64,000 bases of DNA from Candidatus Sungiibacteriota bacterium (GTDB taxonomy: Bacteria > Patescibacteriota > Minisyncoccia > Sungbacterales > HO2-52-23), in the NCBI GenBank assembly GCA_016180435.1, contig JACPBG010000002.1, positions 60,342 to 124,341 of the forward strand, read 5' to 3'. Positions within the stretch are counted from its first letter, which is position 1. The number at the start of each line of letters is the position of its first letter. Under the pieces are notes generated by a model, which did not search any database, was not told where the DNA came from, and saw only the letters and a program-made list of their open reading frames with translations. Positions 44,839-54,015 of this stretch are shown here, piece after piece. The position numbers were made by a program, and so were the translations under genes.

Positions 44839-46032
44839 ATGTCTAAAATATCCACTCCGGGGCTTATTATTTTAGGGATTGCGCTTATTGCTGGAAGCGC
44901 GTACTGGTTTTGGCTTGATGATATTAAGCCACGGCTTGCGGATAATGATAAAATTGTCTGTATTCAAGACGCTAAACTCTGCCCCGACGGTTCAAAAGTC
45001 GGCCGCACCGGCCCGAGTTGCGAGTTTGCGTCTTGCCCGCCGCCACCCGTAGACCCGTCAAAAATTAAGGTTGATGATCATCAAGATGATATTTCGTATC
45101 TGCCAAGTTCCATATCCGGCTGGAAAAAATATAAGAACGGCAAATATGGTTTTGAATTTGATCTGCCTGAAGAATGGAGTGTCAAAGATGCCACCGGTGG
45201 TTTGCTGTCAAAAGGTAGCACGGAAAAATTTTATACCGCTTCGCCCGTACCTTATGACCATATTTTCGCCGTTTTAATTAAAACGAAATCCGTAGAAGAA
45301 TTAATTCAGCCGTATAAAAATAATTTAAACGCCGATCTCAATCAAAAAATTTTAGGAATTGAAAATATCGAAAAATTCGGACACCATACCGTGAGATTAA
45401 GATTGCAAAATATAACTACGGGACAGAAATTTTCTGAATATTTCGTTCGGCCATTCGGGCATAATTGGACATTCATTATAATCGGCGAAGGTGACGTTAC
45501 GCATCCTTATCATGATGTCGGCAACGAAATTGTTAATACTTTTAAATTTGTTGAACCGATAGATACCTCAACCTGGAAAACCTATCGTAACGAAAAATAC
45601 GGGTTTGAGGTGAAGTATCCAAGAGAGTGGGGAGAGGTTAAATTTCAAGCATTTGATCGGCTTTCCGGAAGTTGTATTGCACAAGGGATTGTTATTCGCG
45701 GTTCATTTACAAATAAAAAATTAAATTATTTTTGTAGCGAGTCTTTAGATTACAAACCGTGCGGCGATAGAGGCGGCTCTGTTTGTGATATCAAGAACTT
45801 CACTATCGAGAACGGTCAAATAGCAGATAACTCAGGAGGTAAGTATGACATTCTAAAAAGCGTAAAAACCAGTTCCGCGGGCATTGAAGGATATATTTTT
45901 GTAGATCCATATGGAGATATAGTAGGAATCATTAAATTTACGCATGGCGAGCTAGGCACCATTTCTTTCGGTTCTTACGAAGATGTTTTAATTTTAGAAC
46001 AAATCCTTTCCACTTTTAAATTTTTGAAATAA
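44839..46032 (+). CDS. secreted hypothetical protein with internally duplicated domain
   Basis: N-terminal TM/signal; repeats WKKYKNGKYGFEFDLPEEW and WKTYRNEKYGFEVKYPREW. Confidence 0.4.
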   Translation: MSKISTPGLIILGIALIAGSAYWFWLDDIKPRLADNDKIVCIQDAKLCPDGSKVGRTGPSCEFASCPPPPVDPSKIKVDDHQDDISYLPSSISGWKKYKNGKYGFEFDLPEEWSVKDATGGLLSKGSTEKFYTASPVPYDHIFAVLIKTKSVEELIQPYKNNLNADLNQKILGIENIEKFGHHTVRLRLQNITTGQKFSEYFVRPFGHNWTFIIIGEGDVTHPYHDVGNEIVNTFKFVEPIDTSTWKTYRNEKYGFEVKYPREWGEVKFQAFDRLSGSCIAQGIVIRGSFTNKKLNYFCSESLDYKPCGDRGGSVCDIKNFTIENGQIADNSGGKYDILKSVKTSSAGIEGYIFVDPYGDIVGIIKFTHGELGTISFGSYEDVLILEQILSTFKFLK

Positions 46033-46076
46033 AGCGTCGGTTTGACGGAGAGCATTAAATTGTCTATTATAAATAT

Positions 46077-46286
46077 ATGAATACGGTTACTATACCTAAA
46101 AAAGAATACTATACTCTTGTGAGTCGTCAGGAAAAGATGGAAGAAGAGCTGGACATTCTGAAGACAATGGTTCGCGCCGAAATAGATGAGGGATATATAC
46201 GTCCTACAATATTGCGCCGCTGGGAGCGAATCAGCCGTGACCTTGACCGTGGAAAAGGGCGCGTATTTAATTTTCATGATGTATGA
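46077..46286 (+). CDS. small hypothetical protein translationally coupled to pgi
   Basis: 69 aa; stop overlaps the PGI/PMI start. Confidence 0.3.
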   Translation: MNTVTIPKKEYYTLVSRQEKMEEELDILKTMVRAEIDEGYIRPTILRRWERISRDLDRGKGRVFNFHDV

Positions 46287-47247
46287 CTCCATTAAAAATT
46301 TTAATCAGCAGTTTCTGTTTGAGCCGAAAATTGAGAATAAGGCCTGTTTGGGAAAATATGGGTATTTTGTGATTGCCGGAATGGGCGGATCTGGTCTTGC
46401 GGCAGAACTTCTTTTAACTTATGATCCGGCATTGCCTGTTATCATCCATAAAGATTATGGCCTGCCGGAAATTGCAATTCGAGACAGAAAAAAAACCCTT
46501 GTTATCGTTGATTCTTATTCGGGCAATACCGAGGAGGCGCTGGATGCTTTTAGGACGGCTCGAGCGCGTGGTTTTCCACTTGCCGCAATCTCTATCGGCG
46601 GCAAGCTTTTGGATCTGGCGCGTAAATATAACGTGCCGTACGTGCAGATGCCGGATATCGGGATACAGCCGCGGATGGGCCTCGGATTTAATTTTGGGGC
46701 GCTTCTTAAAATAATACGAAAAGAGCAGGCACTGGCTGCAACCAATAAATTATATAATTTTATTAATGCGTCGTTTTATCGTACAAAGGGGATTGTCTTG
46801 GCAAAAAAATTACGAAAAAACGTTCCGATTATTTACGCTTCAATGCGTAACCGCGCAATAGGATATGCCTGGAAAATAAAACTTAATGAAACCGGGAAAA
46901 TTCCGGCATTTGCGAATGTTTTGCCGGAACTTAATCATAATGAAATGAATGGTTTTGACTCGGTTTCAAAAACGCGGGAACTCTCCAGTAATTTTCATTT
47001 TATTTTCTTAAAAGACACGAAGGATCATCCGCGGATTCAATTGCGTATGAAAGTGCTTGAGAAGCTTTATCGTAGCCGTAAGCTTCCGGTGGAAATAGTT
47101 CAGCTGGCCGGGCGCAACCGCGCCCATGCCGTTTTCTCATCATTGCTTCTGGCGGATTGGACCGCGCTTTTCTTGGCCGAATACTATGGCGTTGAACCGG
47201 AACAGGTGCCCATGGTGGAGGAATTCAAGATTTTAATCAGCGAATAA
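46276..47247 (+). CDS. bifunctional phosphoglucose/phosphomannose isomerase (SIS domain, archaeal-type PGI/PMI)
   Basis: GYFVIAGMGGSGLAAELLL...; two SIS-like halves. Start taken at ATG 46276/46279. Confidence 0.65.
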   Translation: MMYDSIKNFNQQFLFEPKIENKACLGKYGYFVIAGMGGSGLAAELLLTYDPALPVIIHKDYGLPEIAIRDRKKTLVIVDSYSGNTEEALDAFRTARARGFPLAAISIGGKLLDLARKYNVPYVQMPDIGIQPRMGLGFNFGALLKIIRKEQALAATNKLYNFINASFYRTKGIVLAKKLRKNVPIIYASMRNRAIGYAWKIKLNETGKIPAFANVLPELNHNEMNGFDSVSKTRELSSNFHFIFLKDTKDHPRIQLRMKVLEKLYRSRKLPVEIVQLAGRNRAHAVFSSLLLADWTALFLAEYYGVEPEQVPMVEEFKILISE

Positions 47248-47273
47248 CGAATTTTTAACTTGATAATTTCGAT

Positions 47274-47413
47274 CAGCTTGCTGGTCGGTCATCATCGGTA
47301 GGTTCTCGACAGGCTCGAACAATATTTATAGTGAGCCGCGTCGAACTATTCTTCGAGCGAAGTCGAGAAGATACCTTTGATACCGACCTGCTTGCAGGTC
47401 GGAGGTTCATTAC
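47274..47413. repeat. repeat family C copy 1 (~140 bp)
   Basis: agcttgctggtcggt...ggtaggttctcgacaggctcgaacaatattt...tcgagcgaagtcgagaagatacctttgataccgacctgcttgcaggtcggaggttcatt; second copy at 63712..63848. Confidence 0.7.
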
Positions 47414-47425
47414 GGGAATAATTTT

Positions 47426-49030
47426 ATGAAATTTACCGATGATTTTATGGGATTTTTTGGGAAAAGACCTCGTTTAAAGGTTCTTTTTGTAACTTCCGAG
47501 GAAACGCCATTTGCCAAAGTCGGGGGTCTGGGCGAGATAATGTTTTCTTTGCCGAGAGCTTTAAATAAATTGGGGCATGATGCGCGGGTCATGATTCCGC
47601 GTTATGGCACGATTGAACGGCCTTTTCCCCCGTTTAGCATGGAATATGAAGGTCTGGATGTGCCTACGGCTCCGGAACAAAGCGGTACGCGCTTGATTTG
47701 TAATGTGCTTCGTTATGATCCGACGGATGATCCGCATGCTCCAGCCATCACTTATTTTTTGGAAAATAAAGAATATTACGAATTACGCTCCAATATTTAC
47801 GGATACAAAGACGATGCGGTGCGTTTTGCGCTTCTTGCGCGCGGTTGTCTGGAATTTTTAAATTCCGGAGGCGGCTGGCTGCCGGATGTTTTGGTGGCTA
47901 CCGACTGGATGACAGGTTTTTTGCCCAATTTTTTGGCGACGGATTACCGCGAATACAAAAAATTGCGGAAAATTGCCAGCGTATTTTCTATCCATAATTT
48001 GAATTCGCAGGGGCCGCAGGGCGATCATAGATTCGTTCCGGAATCCGATCTGGATAACGGCTATGGATCCATGCCGGATTTTTTTGATCCGCGCATGGAA
48101 AATATCAATGCGATGCGTCGCGGCATTCTGTATGCCGATGCCATCAATACGGTTTCGCAGAAATACGCGCAAGAGATTATGACCGAAGAATTCGGTGAGG
48201 GTCTGGATGGAATTTTGCGCGAACGGCGTGATCGCATTTTCGGAATTTTAAACGGGATTGATTACGAAACCAATAATCCGGCCTCCGATAATTATTTGGC
48301 CGCTAATTTTTCCGTAAAAAATCTGGAACGAAGAGGCGAAAATAAAATATATCTGCAGAAACATTTTGGTTTGCCGCAGGGTCAGCAGATTTTTTTATCC
48401 GGAATTGTCTCGCGGTTAACAAGGCAAAAAGGGTTCTCGTTATTTCCGCAGGTCATAGAATCTTTTCTCAAAGAAACTCGGTCGCAGATAATAATCATGG
48501 GTACGGGCGAGATTGAAATCATGACCTATTTTCAGGATCTTGAGAAAAAATTTCCGGATCAAGTAAGGGTGCGTTTGCAATTTGACGGAATATTGCCCCA
48601 TTTGATTTTTGCGGGAGCGGATGTGGTGTTGGTGCCTTCTAATTTTGAGCCCTCGGGTCTTACCCAGATGGAGGCCATGCGTTACGGAGCTATTCCGGTG
48701 GCGCGTCGCGTCGGGGGACTGGCCGATACAATTGAAGATTTTAATCCGGAAACCCTGGAAGGAACCGGTTTCCTTTTCGATGAATTTAATCCCATGGCAT
48801 TTTTGATCGCGCTTATACGTTCATTCGTAAATTGGAAGCATCATGCATCCTGGCGAAAGCTCCAATGTTCGGCCATGGAGAAAGATTTTTCCTGGGAAAG
48901 ATCGGCTAAGGAATACGAACGTCTTTTCTATCTTGCCGCGGATTTTCATGCCAGAAACGGCATAAAACCGCGTTATATTCCTTCGGATACTTCGCATCAC
49001 TTGACTCATGGCTTGAAGCCGGATTTATGA
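47426..49030 (+). CDS. glgA: glycogen/starch synthase (GT5)
   Basis: KVLFVTSEETPFAKVGGLGEIMFSLPRAL (KVGGL motif). Confidence 0.85.
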   Translation: MKFTDDFMGFFGKRPRLKVLFVTSEETPFAKVGGLGEIMFSLPRALNKLGHDARVMIPRYGTIERPFPPFSMEYEGLDVPTAPEQSGTRLICNVLRYDPTDDPHAPAITYFLENKEYYELRSNIYGYKDDAVRFALLARGCLEFLNSGGGWLPDVLVATDWMTGFLPNFLATDYREYKKLRKIASVFSIHNLNSQGPQGDHRFVPESDLDNGYGSMPDFFDPRMENINAMRRGILYADAINTVSQKYAQEIMTEEFGEGLDGILRERRDRIFGILNGIDYETNNPASDNYLAANFSVKNLERRGENKIYLQKHFGLPQGQQIFLSGIVSRLTRQKGFSLFPQVIESFLKETRSQIIIMGTGEIEIMTYFQDLEKKFPDQVRVRLQFDGILPHLIFAGADVVLVPSNFEPSGLTQMEAMRYGAIPVARRVGGLADTIEDFNPETLEGTGFLFDEFNPMAFLIALIRSFVNWKHHASWRKLQCSAMEKDFSWERSAKEYERLFYLAADFHARNGIKPRYIPSDTSHHLTHGLKPDL

Positions 49031-49054
49031 TTCCTGATTGTACGTTAATAAAAA

Positions 49055-49085
49055 TCACTCGAGCTTTCACGCGCGAGTGGATTTT
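49055..49085 (+). terminator. hairpin after glgA
   Basis: cactcgagctttcacgcgcgagtg followed by gattttgtt. Confidence 0.4.
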
Positions 49086-49454
49086 GTTACCCAACATTAA
49101 TTTCGTATTTTTTACCCCGTCTCGATCGAGTCCGTTCTTTCTAAAACTTCTTTTTCTTATGAATAATTAGTTTCTGCTGGTGGGACAATTCTTGACGTAA
49201 AAGGGAATATTCCGATTCATCACTTAGCTGGCAAGTTGTATAAAATGCCCGCCATAGTTCGTCAATTGTAAACCCCACCAAAGGTGCTAGGCAAGAATAA
49301 ACAGTAGAGAATTTGCCTCGCTTTAATGCTTTTTCTGCTTTTCTCAGTGTTCTATTCGCTTGACTAGAAAATAGCCAGAAACGCACGGAATTCCACATAT
49401 GTACCTTGGGTGAAATATTGTACTACCTTTAATATACATAGCCATGTGTCATAG

Positions 49455-50735
49455 TCAAGTTTTTTTCTTCTCGAGGATGCGTTTCTTGATAAAACTCAAC
49501 AATGAATCCGGATTTTTTTGCTGAATCTCCGCAAGATCCCAATCAAATTTTCCGCGTACATGGCGTCTCGTATCGCGCGGTACTCCGATCGTGGTATCAT
49601 TTTTCATTCCAATCTCGTCTCCGTAGTAAATAATCTGGCACCCAGGCAGATTAAACAGAATATCGAATGCGGTTTTGATTTTTTCCGGATTTTTTTTGAA
49701 AATATCTGCGATCCGCATGGATATTCCGTTTTCTCCGCTTTTAAATACGAATTTCCGTTCCGGATCGCAATATGCCAAAAATTCCTTTTGTTCCGTTTCG
49801 GTCATGGAGCCGAAGGATAGCTGGTCGTGACTGCGCAAGAAAACCGCCCAGCGGCAGTTCATCGGAATATTTTCGGATGCATTTACGATATCTTTAATCA
49901 AAGAAGCGTCGTTTTTTAATGCGGCCAGAAAAATCCGTTCCGCCAGGGGAAAATTATACGCCAAGTGGCATTCGTCCCCGGTTCCGTCGCCGAAATATTT
50001 TTTAATTTCATATATGGAGTCATGCGCTTCTGCCAGAAGTATCGTGTGGGGAGCGATTTTTTCAAGATGCGCCCGGATTTGTTTCAAGACCGCATGCGTT
50101 TCGGGAAGTCCTTTAGCGGCGGCATTCTCCTTTTTGATAAGATATGGAGCGGCATCTAATCTGAATCCGCTAACGCCTAAATTGATCCAAAAGTCCATAA
50201 TTCCCGATATTTCCGAAAATACTTTTGGATTGTTCCAATTTAAGTCCGGTTCTTCTCCGTAAAATGTGGCAAAATAGTAATCATTTGTTGCCGGATTGTA
50301 TACCCAATTCCTGGATTTTAGATGCGGAAATGTGTTAATAGAATTTTTTAGTTCTTCTCCGGTGTCGGACCAAAGAAAAAAATCGCGTTTTGGGCCGATT
50401 TTTGAATCTCGCGCAGCTTTGAACCAGGGGTGTTCCTGCGATACATGGTTCAGCACCAAATCAAGAATTACGTGAATTCCGCGCTGTTTCGCTTCGCGTA
50501 TGAATAGTTCAAAATCCCGTAAGGTTCCGAGTCCCGGCCGGATATTCCGATAATCAGAAACATCATATCCGTCATCTACCATGGGAGACGGGTAATGGGG
50601 AAGAATATGGATAGCGGTTATGCCCAGGGTCTGAAGATAATCAAGGCGTTCAGCCAGGCCGCGGAAATTATCCGCGAATTTATCCACATATAGTTCATAG
50701 AAAATGGCCGATTGCCACCATTTTGTTGCCTTCAT
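49455..50735 (-). CDS. GH13-family alpha-amylase/glucosidase-like enzyme
   Basis: GIHVILDLVLNHVS, GFRLDAAPY and EAHD match GH13 conserved regions. Confidence 0.8.
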   Translation of the reverse strand: MKATKWWQSAIFYELYVDKFADNFRGLAERLDYLQTLGITAIHILPHYPSPMVDDGYDVSDYRNIRPGLGTLRDFELFIREAKQRGIHVILDLVLNHVSQEHPWFKAARDSKIGPKRDFFLWSDTGEELKNSINTFPHLKSRNWVYNPATNDYYFATFYGEEPDLNWNNPKVFSEISGIMDFWINLGVSGFRLDAAPYLIKKENAAAKGLPETHAVLKQIRAHLEKIAPHTILLAEAHDSIYEIKKYFGDGTGDECHLAYNFPLAERIFLAALKNDASLIKDIVNASENIPMNCRWAVFLRSHDQLSFGSMTETEQKEFLAYCDPERKFVFKSGENGISMRIADIFKKNPEKIKTAFDILFNLPGCQIIYYGDEIGMKNDTTIGVPRDTRRHVRGKFDWDLAEIQQKNPDSLLSFIKKRILEKKKT

Positions 50736-50954
50736 AATTCCATAGTATCACTATTTCAAAGTCCGCAAAATTAGGTGTATAATAAAGACCTCCTGCATAA
50801 TAAGCTTTCGTGACGAAATTTCAGAATTTTGTGCGAAAACGGCGAAGCGCGAGGCGGCGTATATGGCATATATACGCCAACGAGCGATGAGCCGTTTGCA
50901 GCCAAAATTCTGAAATTGCAGTAGAAATGTTATTTTGCAGGAGGTCTTATGATT

Positions 50955-51800
50955 ATGGCATATATTTTTTTTGATCTTGGAGGCACTAAAACCCGGATAG
51001 CTATATCTTCCGACGGAAAACGGCTTGGGAAAGTTAAAGTTATACCAACACCGCGCGATGCGAAGAGCGGTATTACGGTTTTAAAATCGGTCGCGGAAGA
51101 GCTTGCGGCCGGAAAGAGAATCAAAGCGATCTGCGGGGGAATCGCCGGCTCTTTTGACCGAAGAAAATCGGTAATCGTGGGCGGGGGACCGAATATCAAG
51201 GGGTGGATGGGCGCGCATTTGAAAGAAAAATTTGAGAAAGCATTTCATGCGCCGGTGTATCTGGAAAATGATGCGGCTTTGGCGGGTTTGGGAGAGGTAA
51301 AATTCGGAGCGGGTCAAGGAAAAGAAATCGTTGCATATATTACGGTAAGCACGGGTTATGGCGGGGCTAAGATTATAAACGGAATTATTGATCCGCATGC
51401 CCGAGGATACGAACCCTCATATGAAATTGTGAATGCCATGGCGTATCGTAAAAGTTGGGATGATACGCGCCTTCGTATTTATCTTTCCGGCAGCGGCATA
51501 AAAAAACGTTTTCATAAAGACCCCGCATTAATAAAAAGCCGGGCTATACAAGACGAGTTGGCGTGCTGGCTTGCGGTTGCTTTGAATAACGTAATTGTGT
51601 TCTGGTCGCCGGATGTTATTGTGGTCGGAGGGTCGGTGATGAATATTATTCCTATGGCGCGTGTACGGGCGCATTTGGATAAAATCTATCAGCGCATCTT
51701 GCCTCCGCCGCCTATAAAAAAAGCCGCTTTAGGCGACCTTGGAGGGCTTTATGGCGCGCTTATATATCTGCAGCAGCAACGTATGAAGAAAAATTTGTAA
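50955..51800 (+). CDS. ROK-family sugar kinase (glucokinase-like)
   Basis: YIFFDLGGTKTRIAI...ICGGIAGSF...YLENDAALAGLGE. Confidence 0.7.
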   Translation: MAYIFFDLGGTKTRIAISSDGKRLGKVKVIPTPRDAKSGITVLKSVAEELAAGKRIKAICGGIAGSFDRRKSVIVGGGPNIKGWMGAHLKEKFEKAFHAPVYLENDAALAGLGEVKFGAGQGKEIVAYITVSTGYGGAKIINGIIDPHARGYEPSYEIVNAMAYRKSWDDTRLRIYLSGSGIKKRFHKDPALIKSRAIQDELACWLAVALNNVIVFWSPDVIVVGGSVMNIIPMARVRAHLDKIYQRILPPPPIKKAALGDLGGLYGALIYLQQQRMKKNL

Positions 51801-51829
51801 AAAAAGATAACCCGTGATATTTTATATAT

Positions 51830-52465
51830 ATGGCAGACACTAACTTTTCAAAAGGAGAATTAAAGAAAATACGCGCCACAGACGCACTTAAAAGAAAGAA
51901 ACTAAAGCGAATTATTTGGATTATCGCGGTTGTGGTTGTATTGGCGGGCGGAATCTATTGGATTGTGCGTTATAATAAAGAAAAAAAGGCGAACCTTCCG
52001 GGTATATTTTATACAGATGTGGGGCAAGACCATATTGGATTAAATGATGCGCCGCCCAAGCCCTATAGTTCCAATCCACCCTCATCCGGCGGGCACTACG
52101 GCCAGTGGGCCAATTGGGGCGTGTATGATTATGAAGTGAATGATAAGATATTTATGCATAACCTTGAGCATGGGGGAATTTGGATCGCGTACCGGCCGAC
52201 CGTATCACCGCCAATTATTGATGATTTGAAGGGAATCGTAAAAGAGTTCGGCGGATCAAAATTAGTTATGGCGCCGCGCTCGGCTAATGATGCGGATATC
52301 GCAATTGTATCGTGGGCCAGAGTTTTTAAATTTGATGTATCAGGGAAAAATTTGACCGATTCGGAAAAAGAGCAAATTCGCGCATTTTATCGGGGATTTA
52401 AAAATCGAGGTTTGGAATTTGTGCCCGACACCATGCCGGGAGTTGATCCGAAGAGTATTCAATAA
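51830..52465 (+). CDS. DUF3105-like membrane-anchored protein
   Basis: N-terminal TM; HNLEHGGIWIAYRP. Confidence 0.5.
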   Translation: MADTNFSKGELKKIRATDALKRKKLKRIIWIIAVVVVLAGGIYWIVRYNKEKKANLPGIFYTDVGQDHIGLNDAPPKPYSSNPPSSGGHYGQWANWGVYDYEVNDKIFMHNLEHGGIWIAYRPTVSPPIIDDLKGIVKEFGGSKLVMAPRSANDADIAIVSWARVFKFDVSGKNLTDSEKEQIRAFYRGFKNRGLEFVPDTMPGVDPKSIQ

Positions 52466-52553
52466 AAGCACTTAGAACTTAGAACTTAGAACTTAGAAAA
52501 ATAACTAAGATCTAAGTTCTTAATGCTAAGTTCTACGTTGCCGAGCAACGTTG
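52466..52553. repeat. TAGAAC-family palindromic element plus mini-hairpin CGTTGCCGAGCAACG abutting an in-frame TTG (vestigial trxB start)
   Basis: aaaagcacttagaacttagaacttagaacttag...ctaagatctaagttcttaatgctaagttctacgttgccgagcaacgttg. Confidence 0.7.
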
Positions 52554-52577
52554 TTGTATGACGTTATCATCATCGGC

Positions 52578-52620
52578 GGCCCGCCCCGATTTCTGTCGGG
52601 GCGAGGCTCGCCCACAACCT
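52578..52620. repeat. GC-rich palindromic element family 1, inverted copy interrupting the ancestral 5' end of trxB
   Basis: ccgccccgatttctgtcggggcgaggctcgcccacaacc is the reverse-complement core of the copies at 508 and 54571. Confidence 0.6.
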
Positions 52621-52621
52621 T

Positions 52622-53593
52622 ATGTTATATGATGTAATAGTGGTGGGCGGCGGACCGGCCGCAGTTGCGGCGGCGGTTTATTGCGCGCGCAAACGCCTAA
52701 AGACCGTATTGATTACCGAATCATTCGGCGGGCAATCTATTGTTTCGGATGATATTCAGAATTGGATCGGCGAGCCGCATATTTCCGGTTTTGATTTGGC
52801 TAAAAAATTTGAAGATCATGTGCGAACATATCCTGATGTGGTTGATATTAAGATGCCGGAAAGGGCGATGGAAGTAAAATCAATTAAATGTACGGACGAC
52901 ACCCGCAACTGCGATTTTCAGGTAAAAACCGAGCAAGGGAATATATATGAAGGAAAAGCGGTAATTCTTACTGCTGGCGCGAGCCGCCGAAAACTTGGCA
53001 TACCCGGAGAGGAAAGGTTAAACGGCAAAGGAGTGGCGTATTGTTCAACCTGTGATGCTCCGTTATTCTCCGGCAAAAAAGTCGCGGTGGTGGGTGGAGG
53101 AAATGCCGGGCTGGAAGCGGTGATTGATCTTTTCCCTTATGCCGAGGAAGTTTATCTGGTGGAATACGGGGAGGCATTGAAAGGCGATCCGGTTACGCAG
53201 GAGGAAATTAAGAAAAATCCGAAATTAAAAGCAGTTATTTTGAACGCGCAAACATTAGAAGTGCTCGGTGATAAATTCGTGGCCGGATTAAAATATAAGG
53301 ATCGCATAACCAATGAAGAAAAGATTTTGGAGGTTGACGGGATATTTGTTGAAATCGGCTCGGTTCCTAACTCCGAAATGGTTAAAGGTTTGGTGGACTT
53401 GGATAAATACGGGCAGGTGGTTATTGATTCCAAGCACGCCTCCACCTCGCATCCGGGAATTTTTGCCGCCGGAGACATTACGGATGATCCGTATAAGCAA
53501 AATAACATCTCGGCCGGGGATGCGGTAAAAGCCGCTTTGGGCGCGTATAATTATTTATTGCAGAGAAAAAAAGAGAGTCCGGCGAGCGAATAA
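52622..53593 (+). CDS. trxB: thioredoxin-disulfide reductase
   Basis: YDVIVVGGGPAAVAAAVY; redox-active CSTCDAPLF; GGGNAGLEAV. Confidence 0.85.
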   Translation: MLYDVIVVGGGPAAVAAAVYCARKRLKTVLITESFGGQSIVSDDIQNWIGEPHISGFDLAKKFEDHVRTYPDVVDIKMPERAMEVKSIKCTDDTRNCDFQVKTEQGNIYEGKAVILTAGASRRKLGIPGEERLNGKGVAYCSTCDAPLFSGKKVAVVGGGNAGLEAVIDLFPYAEEVYLVEYGEALKGDPVTQEEIKKNPKLKAVILNAQTLEVLGDKFVAGLKYKDRITNEEKILEVDGIFVEIGSVPNSEMVKGLVDLDKYGQVVIDSKHASTSHPGIFAAGDITDDPYKQNNISAGDAVKAALGAYNYLLQRKKESPASE

Positions 53594-53595
53594 AA

Positions 53596-53634
53596 AATGG
53601 CATCAAGTGATGTTATTGATGCCGTATAGCCTTT
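53596..53634. terminator. bidirectional hairpin between trxB and the convergent NUDIX gene
   Basis: aaaaaatggcatcaagtgatgttattgatgccgtatagcctttttt. Confidence 0.5.
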
Positions 53635-53966
53635 TTTATCATTCGTTTATATCGCCAATACATTTTTGGTAGCTCATGGATATTAAACCAGTTAGGAGAT
53701 AGTCCTACCCTTTTTTGTTTTTGCTTAAGTAGCCCGCCTATAATTCTTACGACAAAACAGAATTCCTGGTCAGTTACATGGTCCACCCTATTAGATGTTT
53801 TAACTATTAATTCGGTTTCTTCTGCAAATTCTCTACAAGTTGCTGCATTGGCGTCTTCCCCGATTTTTAATTTACCGCCGGGCGGCCTCCATGATCCATT
53901 TTCGTAAATGAGCAAAACGTATTTTTTTTCTTTATCAAGGCAGATTCCTCTCGAACTGTTTTTCAA
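53613..53966 (-). CDS. NUDIX hydrolase
   Basis: Nudix box GGKLKIGEDANAATCREFAEETEL. Confidence 0.7.
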   Translation of the reverse strand: MKNSSRGICLDKEKKYVLLIYENGSWRPPGGKLKIGEDANAATCREFAEETELIVKTSNRVDHVTDQEFCFVVRIIGGLLKQKQKRVGLSPNWFNIHELPKMYWRYKRMIKKAIRHQ

Positions 53967-54015
53967 TCCGGTCTCCTAGATGAACTGATAATAATTTTAT
54001 CATATTCATTGATTT

